Assembly (NCBI GenBank): GCA_900554315.1
Contig: USGP01000005.1
Span: 3,050 to 67,049 of the forward strand
DNA: 64,000 nucleotides
Direction of reading: 5' to 3'
Source: an uncultured Mycoplasmatota bacterium
GTDB lineage: Bacteria; Bacillota_I; Bacilli_A; RF39; UBA660
In this document: piece by piece, positions 37,437 through 46,638 of the stretch
How the letters are laid out: every line of letters begins with the position of its first letter
Numbering within the stretch: position 1 is the first letter of the stretch
The notes under the pieces: generated by a model
What the model saw: only the letters and a program-made list of their open reading frames with translations
The model's database searches: none
What the model was told of the DNA's origin: nothing
Made by a program: the position numbers and the translations under genes

Positions 37437-38921
37437 ATGAGAAAAATGTGGTTATTCTTAATTGTGGTTGCTTTCTTTTTTATAATTCCTTCTTTTTCTG
37501 CATCTGCAGAAAGAGGTGTGTATGATGAAGAAAGTTTAAGAGAGGCAATTGCTGCTGGTGGTACTGTTTATTTAGGAACTGATATTGAAGTGACTTCCCC
37601 TATTGAAATTACAAAAGACGTTCAAATTTATGGGGATTACAATAAAATATATTCTAATGAATATAATTCTATTTTTATTGTTAAAGATGGAACTGCTATT
37701 TTTAAAGAGCTGGATGTTGAATCTGAAAAAAATCCTTTGGTTGTTTATGATGGCGAAGTTCTTATGGATAATAGTTATATTGTCAGTTATAATTCTAGTC
37801 CTATTGTTTTATATAACGGTAAGTTTATAGTTGGTAATGAGGGATTATATTTGAATTCTTATAATCCTTATATTACTTTTCCTGATAATCCTAATGGGAA
37901 AATAGATATTGATTTATATGGTGATATTGATTTTTATACTGATGTAGAAGTTTCTTTTTATATCAATCCTAATGCTCCTGAAATTAATATTCAAAATATT
38001 AATAATGAATATAAATTTAGTTTTAGTCAAAATAAATTAAAGTTTGATGGCGATTATTATACTTTATATTCTAATGAGGTTAGTGATGAAAATAGAATAT
38101 CTATTGATGGTCATAAATATACTCATTTTTATACTGCAACTACAGAGGATGAATTTATAAATTATATTAATCAAAATAAGTCTGTTTGGTTAGGTGCTGA
38201 TATTACTTTAACAAAACCTCTTACTATTAAAGATAAGTCTTCTATTATATTTGGTGATGGTTGGGCTATTCGTCAAAATGATGGAGCAACTTTTAGTATT
38301 ACTGGTGATAGTAATATCATTATTAATGGTACTTGGTTTATTGGATTAGGACAATTAGAAATTAATGATGGTGCTGTTGTTACTTATGATGACATGGAAA
38401 CATTTGATAATCCTAGTACGTTAAATCTTAATGGTGGTACTTTAATTATTAAAGAAATGAGATTGTATAAAGATTTTAATATTAATATTCATAAAGGATT
38501 TAACACTATTACTAATGGAGCAGTTTTAGTATTAGAAAATCAAGAGCCTATTCAGTCTTGGCTTGGAGCAAAGTTAAATATTAATATTGATAATAATGTT
38601 ATTCAATTAAGATTATCATCAGAAAATTCTATTAATAAAATGGCTTTAAATGGTCAAAGGATTTTAGTGGATTTGGAAGATAAAACGAATAATTCTAAAG
38701 TAACAATGGAATCTAATCCTGTAGATTGTTGTGATGTTAGTATTGATGGAGAAGAGTCCTTTGTTGGCGATAAGGAAAAATGTAGAGTTTCCAATCCTGA
38801 GATTGTAGAAGTTCCTAATACATCTTTATTTTCTACAATGTTTACATATTCTGGAATTACTTTAATTATTGTAGGAGTTGGAGATATTTTAGTTAATTTA
38901 AAAAGAAGAAAAGAAAATTAA
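37437..38921 (+). CDS. Secreted protein with internally duplicated beta-helix-like module and VPNTS sorting signal
   Basis: Signal peptide ending SASA. Two related modules (EESLREAIAAGGTVYLGTDIEVTSPIEITKD and EDEFINYINQNKSVWLGADITLTKPLTIKD). VPNTSL, hydrophobic stretch, then KRRKEN. Confidence 0.75.
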   Translation: MRKMWLFLIVVAFFFIIPSFSASAERGVYDEESLREAIAAGGTVYLGTDIEVTSPIEITKDVQIYGDYNKIYSNEYNSIFIVKDGTAIFKELDVESEKNPLVVYDGEVLMDNSYIVSYNSSPIVLYNGKFIVGNEGLYLNSYNPYITFPDNPNGKIDIDLYGDIDFYTDVEVSFYINPNAPEINIQNINNEYKFSFSQNKLKFDGDYYTLYSNEVSDENRISIDGHKYTHFYTATTEDEFINYINQNKSVWLGADITLTKPLTIKDKSSIIFGDGWAIRQNDGATFSITGDSNIIINGTWFIGLGQLEINDGAVVTYDDMETFDNPSTLNLNGGTLIIKEMRLYKDFNINIHKGFNTITNGAVLVLENQEPIQSWLGAKLNINIDNNVIQLRLSSENSINKMALNGQRILVDLEDKTNNSKVTMESNPVDCCDVSIDGEESFVGDKEKCRVSNPEIVEVPNTSLFSTMFTYSGITLIIVGVGDILVNLKRRKEN

Positions 38922-38955
38922 AAAGAATTTCTGGTTGTTAGAAATTCTTTTTTTG
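38922..38955 (+). terminator. Rho-independent terminator
   Basis: aaagaatttct/agaaattcttt stem followed by a T-run. Confidence 0.8.
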
Positions 38956-39004
38956 ATAAAAATATAAATTCAGTGTATAATTATAAATAATAGAGGTGTT
39001 GCTT

Positions 39005-40576
39005 GTGAGGAAAGTGAAAAGAAAAAATATTATTATTGGGTTTGCTATTTTTGCTATTATTATATCTGGTATATTGATGATTAATAAATCTAGTTATGCA
39101 TATTTACCTATTGGTGGCGATTCTTGTGCTCGTGAGCTGAGAATGTTGACTGGTGATAAAGAAGAAGTATATGTTAAGGATGCAAATAATCGAATAGATT
39201 TGCCATATGGTAGATTTTATACTGATGTTATTCCAGAATCTTCCTTTTTATCTAGTTATCGAATGTTTGTAGGTAATGCACATATTTTTGATAAATATTA
39301 TGAAAATTATTATGGAGATGAACATTTTTCTTATCGAAGTCCAGACTATTTCAGAAAATCTTATTTATCTTCTTATTTAATGAATTATTTAGTTAATGAT
39401 ACTTATTTTAGTGATGATGAAAATGAAGATGATTATTATAAACAATTATTGGTTTTGTGGGCAATAGATAGAGTTGCTGGTTTTTCTGATGATATAAACT
39501 ATATTTATGATTATGATGTTGATGATATTGTAGAAGCTCCTGTAGATACTCAATATGATGATAAATATGAAATTGATAGGTATGATTATGATGAAGATGA
39601 TTATCATACTTATTATTATTGGAAATATGCTAATAATTTGTCAGCAGGGGATAAGAAATTATTGAAGAAGTCTAAGTATGGAGATAAGATGTTAGAGTAT
39701 CTTGATACTTGGGAAGATTATGTTACTTGGTATGTTGATCAAAATCGTAAGGTAGAATTAGATCCTTTAACACAAAGTGATATTAGTTATCGTGTTACTA
39801 ATGAGTATGTCGAAACCGGTTTAATTACTCCTACCAGTACTGGAAAAGTTTATTCTGATAAATTTAGTGGTTATACAGTAGATGTTGAAAGTCCAATGGT
39901 TGTCGTAAATAAAAATGGAGAAGAAGAAACTTCTTTTGATGCTGGAGAGAGTTTTAGAGTACGAATTCCTATTTCAGAAATTGAAAATAAAACACTTGAT
40001 TATTCTATTCATATTAATGGAGAATTTGAGTTTGATGCTTTGCAATTATATACAGGTTTGGAACCGACGAGATATGAAGAACCTTCTGCAGGTAGAATGT
40101 GGTTGTATGATTATTTAGAATATAGTGCTGTTACAAGGAATTGTAAAATAATCCAGACGTTAGATGCAGATTTAAATTTAGAGTTTAGTCAGAGAATTGG
40201 TAATTTAAATGTTAAAGTTATTGATTCTTCTACTGGTAATAATTTAAGTAGAGCAGAAGTTACTATTTATGATTTAAAAGGTAACGAAGTATATAAATAT
40301 GAAACTACTGATAGTGAATTAAATATTACTTTACCAGTAGGCGAATATATCGTTAAACAAACAGTAACTCCTCCAAATTATGAAGCACAAACAATTCAGA
40401 TGCGGGTAGATGTTACAGAAGATGGAACAGTTAATGCGGTATTAGAAAATGCACCTTTGATTGATGTACCAGATACAGCAATGAATTCTATTATCTTTGT
40501 GATTATTGGTGGATTGATCGTTATTGCTGGTGGACTATTGTTATTTACTAATTTAAGAAAAAGAAAAGTAAATTAA
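39005..40576 (+). CDS. Surface protein family member 4, VPDTA sorting signal
   Basis: Same architecture. GTG 39005 was chosen because it aligns with the ATG of member 1 behind the shared AATAGAGG RBS. VPDTAM, hydrophobic stretch, then RKRKVN. Confidence 0.8.
   Translation: MRKVKRKNIIIGFAIFAIIISGILMINKSSYAYLPIGGDSCARELRMLTGDKEEVYVKDANNRIDLPYGRFYTDVIPESSFLSSYRMFVGNAHIFDKYYENYYGDEHFSYRSPDYFRKSYLSSYLMNYLVNDTYFSDDENEDDYYKQLLVLWAIDRVAGFSDDINYIYDYDVDDIVEAPVDTQYDDKYEIDRYDYDEDDYHTYYYWKYANNLSAGDKKLLKKSKYGDKMLEYLDTWEDYVTWYVDQNRKVELDPLTQSDISYRVTNEYVETGLITPTSTGKVYSDKFSGYTVDVESPMVVVNKNGEEETSFDAGESFRVRIPISEIENKTLDYSIHINGEFEFDALQLYTGLEPTRYEEPSAGRMWLYDYLEYSAVTRNCKIIQTLDADLNLEFSQRIGNLNVKVIDSSTGNNLSRAEVTIYDLKGNEVYKYETTDSELNITLPVGEYIVKQTVTPPNYEAQTIQMRVDVTEDGTVNAVLENAPLIDVPDTAMNSIIFVIIGGLIVIAGGLLLFTNLRKRKVN
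40184..40533 (+). repeat. Copy 3 of the ~350-bp conserved 3' module
   Basis: See copy 1. Confidence 0.85.
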
Positions 40577-40600
40577 AAGAGTTGAAAACAACTCTTTTTT
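40575..40600. terminator. Bidirectional terminator between convergent genes
   Basis: aaaagagttg/caactctttt perfect stem. Confidence 0.8.
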
Positions 40601-40601
40601 A

Positions 40602-41282
40602 TTATTTATATTTGTGACATTCAATTATAAAATTACTATTTTTTGTTTGTTTTATTATTTTTATATATTTATATTTACCAAACCGTCTAATACTAAAAAC
40701 GTCATTTTCTTTTAATTGATAAGAATTGTTTTTTAATATGTCATAGTTTAATATAATTTCTTTATTTTTCATTTTTTCTATTACGTTTGGTCTACTTGTC
40801 TGTATTAATCTAGCAATTACTGTATCAATTCTTAGACTGGATGTAATGATTTCTATTTTTTTGTATTCCTTTTTATAATCTCTTAGTGTGTCTAATGGAA
40901 CTTCTTTTAATTCTATATTTGTATTTTTTATTCTTAATAGATTGCTTTTTATGAATGGCGCAATTTGTTCTAATACATAAATATAATAATGGTTGTTATT
41001 TATAATGATATCTCCAAATAATTCACTTGTAATATTTAAAGAAAATACTGTACCTAATATTTCTCTATGTTCTAGTGGTGTTTTTGATATGATTTCATAC
41101 AAAATTATTCTTGGTTTATTGGTCGTGTAAAAAATATTTTTTTCACTTTCTGGATATGGCATATATATTTGATAAGCATCTTTTTTTAGTTTCTTTTTTA
41201 ATTCTAGTTGCTCTTTTGGATCTAGAAAAAATGTAGGCTGGTTGTGTTTTAATTTGTTTAGACTTTTTTCTATTGTATACAT
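40602..41282 (-). CDS. ylmH: YlmH-like S4-domain RNA-binding protein
   Basis: C-terminal S4-like LRIDTVIARLIQTSRPNV...G, with size and layout of YlmH. Confidence 0.7.
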   Translation of the reverse strand: MYTIEKSLNKLKHNQPTFFLDPKEQLELKKKLKKDAYQIYMPYPESEKNIFYTTNKPRIILYEIISKTPLEHREILGTVFSLNITSELFGDIIINNNHYYIYVLEQIAPFIKSNLLRIKNTNIELKEVPLDTLRDYKKEYKKIEIITSSLRIDTVIARLIQTSRPNVIEKMKNKEIILNYDILKNNSYQLKENDVFSIRRFGKYKYIKIIKQTKNSNFIIECHKYK

Positions 41283-41353
41283 AGGGTTACTCCTTTTTCT
41301 GTCTATTATTATAACAAATATTATGGTATAATTTAAATACTTATGGTGGTAAT

Positions 41354-42388
41354 ATGAATGATGTAGTAGAAAAACTTTTAACTTGGTATGTTAACAATAA
41401 AAGAAATCTTCCTTGGAGACAAGATAAAAATCCTTATCATGTTTGGATATCAGAAATTATGTTGCAGCAGACTAGGATTGAAGCTGTTCTCTCTTATTAT
41501 GAGAGATTTATGAAAGAGTTGCCTGATATTTCTTCTTTAGCAAGAGTGGATGAAGATAAGTTGTTAAAATTGTGGCAAGGTTTAGGATATTATAATCGGG
41601 CAAGAAACTTGAAAAAGGCTGCTATACAAATTATGGAACAATATGATAGTAAGTTTCCAACTACTTATGATGAAATTATTCACTTGCCTGGAATTGGTGA
41701 GTATACAGCTAGTGCTATTAGTTCTATTTGTTTTGGAGAACAAGAAGTTACTGTTGATGGTAATGTGATGAGAGTATTTACAAGATTTTATAATGATGAG
41801 TCTAATATTTCTAAGGCAAGTACGAAGAAGGTGATTCATGATCAGTTGCTTTCTTTGTCAGTTTCTGATTTTGGTCTTTTTAATGAGGCAATGATGGAAT
41901 TGGGAGAAAGAGTTTGTATTCCTAATGGAATGCCTAAGTGTGATGTTTGTCCTTTACAAGAAAAGTGTGAGGCTTATCATAATGAAAATTATTATTTATT
42001 TCCTGTGAAGGATGAAAAAAGGCCAAAAGAAGAAGTGGATATGACTGTTTTAATTTTTATTTGGAATAAAAAAACAATTGTTCAGAAGAGACAGCGTGTT
42101 GGTCTTCTTCATAATTTATATGAGTTTCCTAATGTGGATGGTAAATTATCTTCTGAAGATGTGTTTGAATATGGAAAAAAGTTTGGTACTGTTGAGCGTG
42201 TTTCTATAAGTATTTTTTATACACATGTTTTTACTCATAAAAAATGGAAGATGCAATCATATTTTGTATTTATGAAGAATGTTAATTGTCCAAATTTGTT
42301 TTCTAGTATATCTTCTATTGAAGATGATTTTGCTATACCTACGGCATTTAGTCCGTTTTTATATGTATTGAAGGAGGAGTTGAAATGA
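41354..42388 (+). CDS. mutY: A/G-specific adenine DNA glycosylase
   Basis: LPWR...PYHVWISEIMLQQT, HhH-GPD LPGIGEYTA, 4Fe-4S C..C.L...C, and a NUDIX-like C-terminus. Confidence 0.9.
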   Translation: MNDVVEKLLTWYVNNKRNLPWRQDKNPYHVWISEIMLQQTRIEAVLSYYERFMKELPDISSLARVDEDKLLKLWQGLGYYNRARNLKKAAIQIMEQYDSKFPTTYDEIIHLPGIGEYTASAISSICFGEQEVTVDGNVMRVFTRFYNDESNISKASTKKVIHDQLLSLSVSDFGLFNEAMMELGERVCIPNGMPKCDVCPLQEKCEAYHNENYYLFPVKDEKRPKEEVDMTVLIFIWNKKTIVQKRQRVGLLHNLYEFPNVDGKLSSEDVFEYGKKFGTVERVSISIFYTHVFTHKKWKMQSYFVFMKNVNCPNLFSSISSIEDDFAIPTAFSPFLYVLKEELK

Positions 42389-43140
42389 AAATTGTATCAT
42401 GGAATGTTGCAGGGATTAGAGCATGTTTAAAAAAAGGATTAGCTGATTTTTTTCAGAATGTGGATGCTGATGTTTTTTGTATGCAAGAAGTAAAAGCAAC
42501 AGAAGATCAATTTGATTTTAGACCTGATGGATATCAGATGTACTTATATTCAGCTGTTAGAAAAGGATATTCTGGTACTTGTGTTTATACCCGAAAAAAG
42601 CCTATTTCTGTTTTTTATGGTATTGGAGATTCGGAGTATGATGATGAAGGTCGTAATATTACGTTGGAATTTGAAAATTTTTATCTTGTTAATTGTTATG
42701 TGCCTAATGTCAAACGTGGATTAGAGAGAATGGAATCTCGTATGCGTTATGAAGATTTATTTTTATCTTATATTAAAAAATTGGAGGAGAAAAAGCCTGT
42801 TATTTTTTGTGGAGATATGAATGTTGCTCATGAAGTGATTGATATTAAAAATGCAAAATCTAATATAGGAAATGCTGGTTTTACATATGAAGAACGTGGA
42901 AAATTTAGTGATATGTTAAGTGTTGGTTTTGTTGATACTTTTCGTTATTTATATCCTGATAAATCTGATTGTTATACTTGGTGGAGTTATCGAAAAGGAG
43001 TTAGAGAAAAAAATATTGGATGGAGGATTGATTATTTTGTAGTATCAAAATCTTTTATTTCTAACGTAGAAGATAGTGTTATTTATGCTGATGTTTTAGG
43101 TAGTGATCATTGTCCAATTGGTCTTATAATAAAGGAGTAA
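42385..43140 (+). CDS. xth: Exodeoxyribonuclease III
   Basis: MKIVSWNV.G.R, QEVK, GDMNVAH and SDHCP motifs. Confidence 0.92.
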   Translation: MKIVSWNVAGIRACLKKGLADFFQNVDADVFCMQEVKATEDQFDFRPDGYQMYLYSAVRKGYSGTCVYTRKKPISVFYGIGDSEYDDEGRNITLEFENFYLVNCYVPNVKRGLERMESRMRYEDLFLSYIKKLEEKKPVIFCGDMNVAHEVIDIKNAKSNIGNAGFTYEERGKFSDMLSVGFVDTFRYLYPDKSDCYTWWSYRKGVREKNIGWRIDYFVVSKSFISNVEDSVIYADVLGSDHCPIGLIIKE

Positions 43141-43142
43141 GT

Positions 43143-44888
43143 ATGAAAGAATTTTGGGGTAATTTAAAATTTGCTTGGCAATATACAAAAGATTTTAAAA
43201 AGCAATTAATTTTATATTTAATATGTAATGCTTTAATTATTGCGGTTAGTATTGCTCTTCCCATGATTAGTGCAAGAATTATCATTTATTTAACAGATAG
43301 TATGTTCTATCAATTATTAGGAATGGCTATTGTCTATACTATATTGCAAATACTATTTAATTTTATTAATTATGCTTGTAGTTATTTTTCACAGATTATT
43401 TATAGAGAAAGTTTTATTCGTGTTCAAACAGAGCTTGGTAAAGAAATTATGAAGTTAGAAACTAGTGTTATCGATAAAAATGGTTCTGGTGTATTTATTC
43501 AAAGACTTACTAATGATACTAGTAGATTAGCTGATATTTTTAATGTATTAAGTATATATTTATCAAGAATTCTTACTAATATCGGTATCTTTTTTGCTGT
43601 TCTTATTATTAATGTATGGGCATTTTTATACTTGGTTGTTATGGTTAGTATTTTATTTGTCATTGAAAGAAGAAGAGTTAAGTATTTAAATGAGTATGAT
43701 AAGAAGTTTCGTAAAGAAAGTGAAAAAGTTTCTGGATTTGTTGGAGAAATTGTTCGAGGAATTCGTGATATTAAACTATTGCATGCTGAGGATAGTTTTA
43801 CAAATGAATTATATGAAGATGTTAAAAAATTAAATTCTATGCGTTATGAGATGAATTCTGTTAATCGTAATTATCGTTTATTACGAGGTAATAGTCATGA
43901 TATTTTTGATTTGGGTATGATAGTTTTATTAGTTTATCTTATTGTAGAAGGAAATTTGGCTGTTGCGAATGCTCTAGTTATTTATAATTATGTTGGAAGA
44001 GTAGCTTCTATTATTGATTGGGTTGGTATTTTGGTTGAAAAAGTAAAAGATTTTAATTTGTCTGGTAGTCGTATTTTTGCAATTATGAAGAATGATGAAT
44101 TCAAAAAAGAAAAATTTGGTACAAAACATTTAGATCATGTGAATGGAGATTTTTCTTTTTCTCATGTTGATTTTCATTATGATACAGATGAGAAGAAAGT
44201 ACTTGATGATTTGAGTTTTGAAGTTCATGCTAATGAAACTGTTGCTTTTGTTGGAAAAAGTGGAGCAGGGAAAAGTACTATTTTTAGTTTGTTATGTAAA
44301 ATGTATAATGTAAATCGTGGATGTATTACGATTGATGGAATTGATATTAATGAATTAGACCAGGATAGTATTCGTAGTAATATTACGGTTATCAGTCAAA
44401 ATCCTTATATTTTTCATTTAACGATACGAGAAAATTTACAACTTGTTTCTCCTTCTATGACAGAAGAAGAGATGGTTCGTGCTTGCAAGTTAGCTTGCAT
44501 CCATGATTTTATTATGAGTTTGCCTGATGGATATGATACTGTTATTGGCGAAGGTGGCGTTAATTTGTCTGGTGGTCAAAGACAAAGACTTGCTATTGCT
44601 AGAGCATTTTTGCAAAAAACGGAAATTATTTTGTTTGATGAGGCAACTTCAGCATTAGATAATGAGACACAAAAAGAGATTCAAAAAGCTATTCATAATT
44701 TACAAAAAGATTATACTATTTTGATAATTGCCCATCGACTTAGTACTATTATTGATAGTGATAGGATTCTATTTATTGAAAGTGGTAAAGTTATTGGAGA
44801 AGGAAGTCATAAAAATCTTTTAAAAACTTGTAAATCATATAAGGAATTATATGAGGCAGAATTAAAGAATCAAAAGAAGGTGATATGA
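43143..44888 (+). CDS. ABC exporter, fused permease/ATPase
   Basis: Six-TM domain, then Walker A GKSGAGKST, signature LSGGQRQR, and Walker B ILFDEATS. Confidence 0.9.
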   Translation: MKEFWGNLKFAWQYTKDFKKQLILYLICNALIIAVSIALPMISARIIIYLTDSMFYQLLGMAIVYTILQILFNFINYACSYFSQIIYRESFIRVQTELGKEIMKLETSVIDKNGSGVFIQRLTNDTSRLADIFNVLSIYLSRILTNIGIFFAVLIINVWAFLYLVVMVSILFVIERRRVKYLNEYDKKFRKESEKVSGFVGEIVRGIRDIKLLHAEDSFTNELYEDVKKLNSMRYEMNSVNRNYRLLRGNSHDIFDLGMIVLLVYLIVEGNLAVANALVIYNYVGRVASIIDWVGILVEKVKDFNLSGSRIFAIMKNDEFKKEKFGTKHLDHVNGDFSFSHVDFHYDTDEKKVLDDLSFEVHANETVAFVGKSGAGKSTIFSLLCKMYNVNRGCITIDGIDINELDQDSIRSNITVISQNPYIFHLTIRENLQLVSPSMTEEEMVRACKLACIHDFIMSLPDGYDTVIGEGGVNLSGGQRQRLAIARAFLQKTEIILFDEATSALDNETQKEIQKAIHNLQKDYTILIIAHRLSTIIDSDRILFIESGKVIGEGSHKNLLKTCKSYKELYEAELKNQKKVI

Positions 44889-45373
44889 TGCAGTATATTT
44901 ATCGGTTGGCAAAAATGAATGATTTGGATTCTATTATGTCTATGGTAGAAGATAGAATTCAGTGGTTTAAGAATAAAGATATTTTTCAGTGGCGATTATA
45001 TCTTAAGCATCATCCTGTTGAGGAATGGAAACGGGCTATTCGTAATTGTGAACTATATGTTGTTGTTTTGAAAGATGAAGTTTTAGGCTGTATTCAGTTT
45101 CAATATTATGATCCGGAATTTTGGGATAATAGCAGAAATCTTTATATTAAGAAATTATGTACTAGAGTTGGTACTGACAAACTTGGTCGCTATTTAATTG
45201 AAAAGGCTATAGAAAAAGCTCATCAAGAAAATATTTCTAAAATTCGCTTGGATTGTACTAATTTAAACGAAAAATTAAATTCTATTTATGAAAGTTATGG
45301 TTTTCATGTTGTAAGAAAGGGATTTCATAATCGTTATACATATGCTTATTGTTTGCGTGAAATGCAATTATGA
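44885..45373 (+). CDS. GNAT-family N-acetyltransferase
   Basis: Size and the ...G.G.YL...A...A......I.LD pattern (VGTDKLGRYLIEKAIEKA). Overlaps the ABC gene stop. Confidence 0.7.
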   Translation: MMQYIYRLAKMNDLDSIMSMVEDRIQWFKNKDIFQWRLYLKHHPVEEWKRAIRNCELYVVVLKDEVLGCIQFQYYDPEFWDNSRNLYIKKLCTRVGTDKLGRYLIEKAIEKAHQENISKIRLDCTNLNEKLNSIYESYGFHVVRKGFHNRYTYAYCLREMQL

Positions 45374-45405
45374 TGTAAGATAATGTTTTATATGGGGGAA
45401 TGTTG

Positions 45406-46380
45406 ATGGAGTTTCAGGATATATTAGAAGATACTATGCGTGAGTGTCGTGGAGAATTTTTGGAATATGATTATCAAGGATTTTTTAAGATTTATCCTTT
45501 TACGACAGAAAATATCGATGGTTATATGCATAATTTTGATGTGTTTGGTAAGAAAAGTTTAACGGTAGGATCTTCTGGTGATCAAGTTATTAATTTAGCG
45601 ATGCGCGGTTGTCTTGACCAGACTGTTATAGATGTATGTCCGAATACAAAGTTTTATTTTTATTTAAAAAAAGCTGGTCTGTTAGAACTTGATTATTCTG
45701 AATTTCTACAGTTTTTTCGCTTTCGTAATTATCCTATGTTATTTAAAGAAAATTCCTCGGTTTTTTCATCAGAATTATATGATAAATTAAAAAATACTTT
45801 ATATGATTTAGATAAGGATTCTTTTACATTTTGGGATACTTTATTTTATGATGTTAATCATGAGTTGTTACATCGGCGATTGTTCTGGGGAGATGAGTAT
45901 CAAAATAAAGTCTTATGTCATATCAATACTTATTTACAAAATCCAGAAAATTATGAACAAGCAAAATTAGCAATCGCTGATGTTGATCCTAGTTTTATTT
46001 TTTCTGATTTAACAGATATGAAATATGATGCTAGTAATTTAGAGGAGTATGATTTTATTAATTTGTCTAATTTAGGTACTTGGTGGTCTCTTAATACTAC
46101 AAAACGAGTAGTAGATTCTTTGTCTTCTCATTTAAAGGATGATGGAAATCTTTTAATTTGTTATTTATATGATACAACAGAGTCCAGTCCTTATTCTCAT
46201 GATTATCATAATATTTATGATGTGTCAAAATGTAGATTGTTTTTTGCTCCGCACTATAGTTATTTATATAGTTTTCCTGGAATTGAGGGAATTATGAAGA
46301 ATAATGATTATGCTAGAGATTCTGTTATGGTATATCAGAAAGGTGGTAAATATGGACAAAATAGAAAATATTATTCGTAA
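45406..46380 (+). CDS. Hypothetical protein, DUF3419/BtaA-like SAM-dependent transferase fold
   Basis: LTVGSSGDQVINL...VIDVCPNT and DFINLSNL...HLKDDGNLLICY. Paralog of 12032-12862. Confidence 0.55.
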   Translation: MEFQDILEDTMRECRGEFLEYDYQGFFKIYPFTTENIDGYMHNFDVFGKKSLTVGSSGDQVINLAMRGCLDQTVIDVCPNTKFYFYLKKAGLLELDYSEFLQFFRFRNYPMLFKENSSVFSSELYDKLKNTLYDLDKDSFTFWDTLFYDVNHELLHRRLFWGDEYQNKVLCHINTYLQNPENYEQAKLAIADVDPSFIFSDLTDMKYDASNLEEYDFINLSNLGTWWSLNTTKRVVDSLSSHLKDDGNLLICYLYDTTESSPYSHDYHNIYDVSKCRLFFAPHYSYLYSFPGIEGIMKNNDYARDSVMVYQKGGKYGQNRKYYS

Positions 46381-46600
46381 TACAAATGATAAAAATGCTG
46401 ATAAAATTAATTGGACAAAGGCTTGGAGTAGTAAGTATCCAATATTAGGTACCTATCAGGATGTTGTTGATGTTTCAAAATACGGTAAACAGATTAGAGA
46501 AATGTTTGAAGATATTGAACATACTTATCATTTTAGTAAATTGGATTCTATGTTGGTATTGAAAGATATTTTAGCGCAAGAATGGAAAAAATATAAATAA
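46352..46600 (+). CDS. Small hypothetical protein
   Basis: AAGGTGG RBS. Overlaps the upstream gene by 29 nt. Confidence 0.45.
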   Translation: MDKIENIIRNTNDKNADKINWTKAWSSKYPILGTYQDVVDVSKYGKQIREMFEDIEHTYHFSKLDSMLVLKDILAQEWKKYK

Positions 46601-46638
46601 TTTTTATGTTTTGTGATATAGTTTATATAGGTGATAAT

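Noticed and set aside
32693-40576. Possible Cys-Gln thioester (TQXA/TED) adhesin domain in the N-terminal region of the four paralogs. Each has a Cys shortly after the signal peptide and a later YYKQ(I/L)L(I/V)LW block.
   Set aside because: The Cys context (LCPT, TCPE, SCPK, SCAR) does not fit the (Y/F/L)-C-hydrophobic-(D/N/E) motif. The Gln-to-Trp spacing is one residue longer than Q-x-h-h-W in three of four copies. A second Cys, about 320 aa downstream, is conserved in all four, so a disulfide is the simpler reading.
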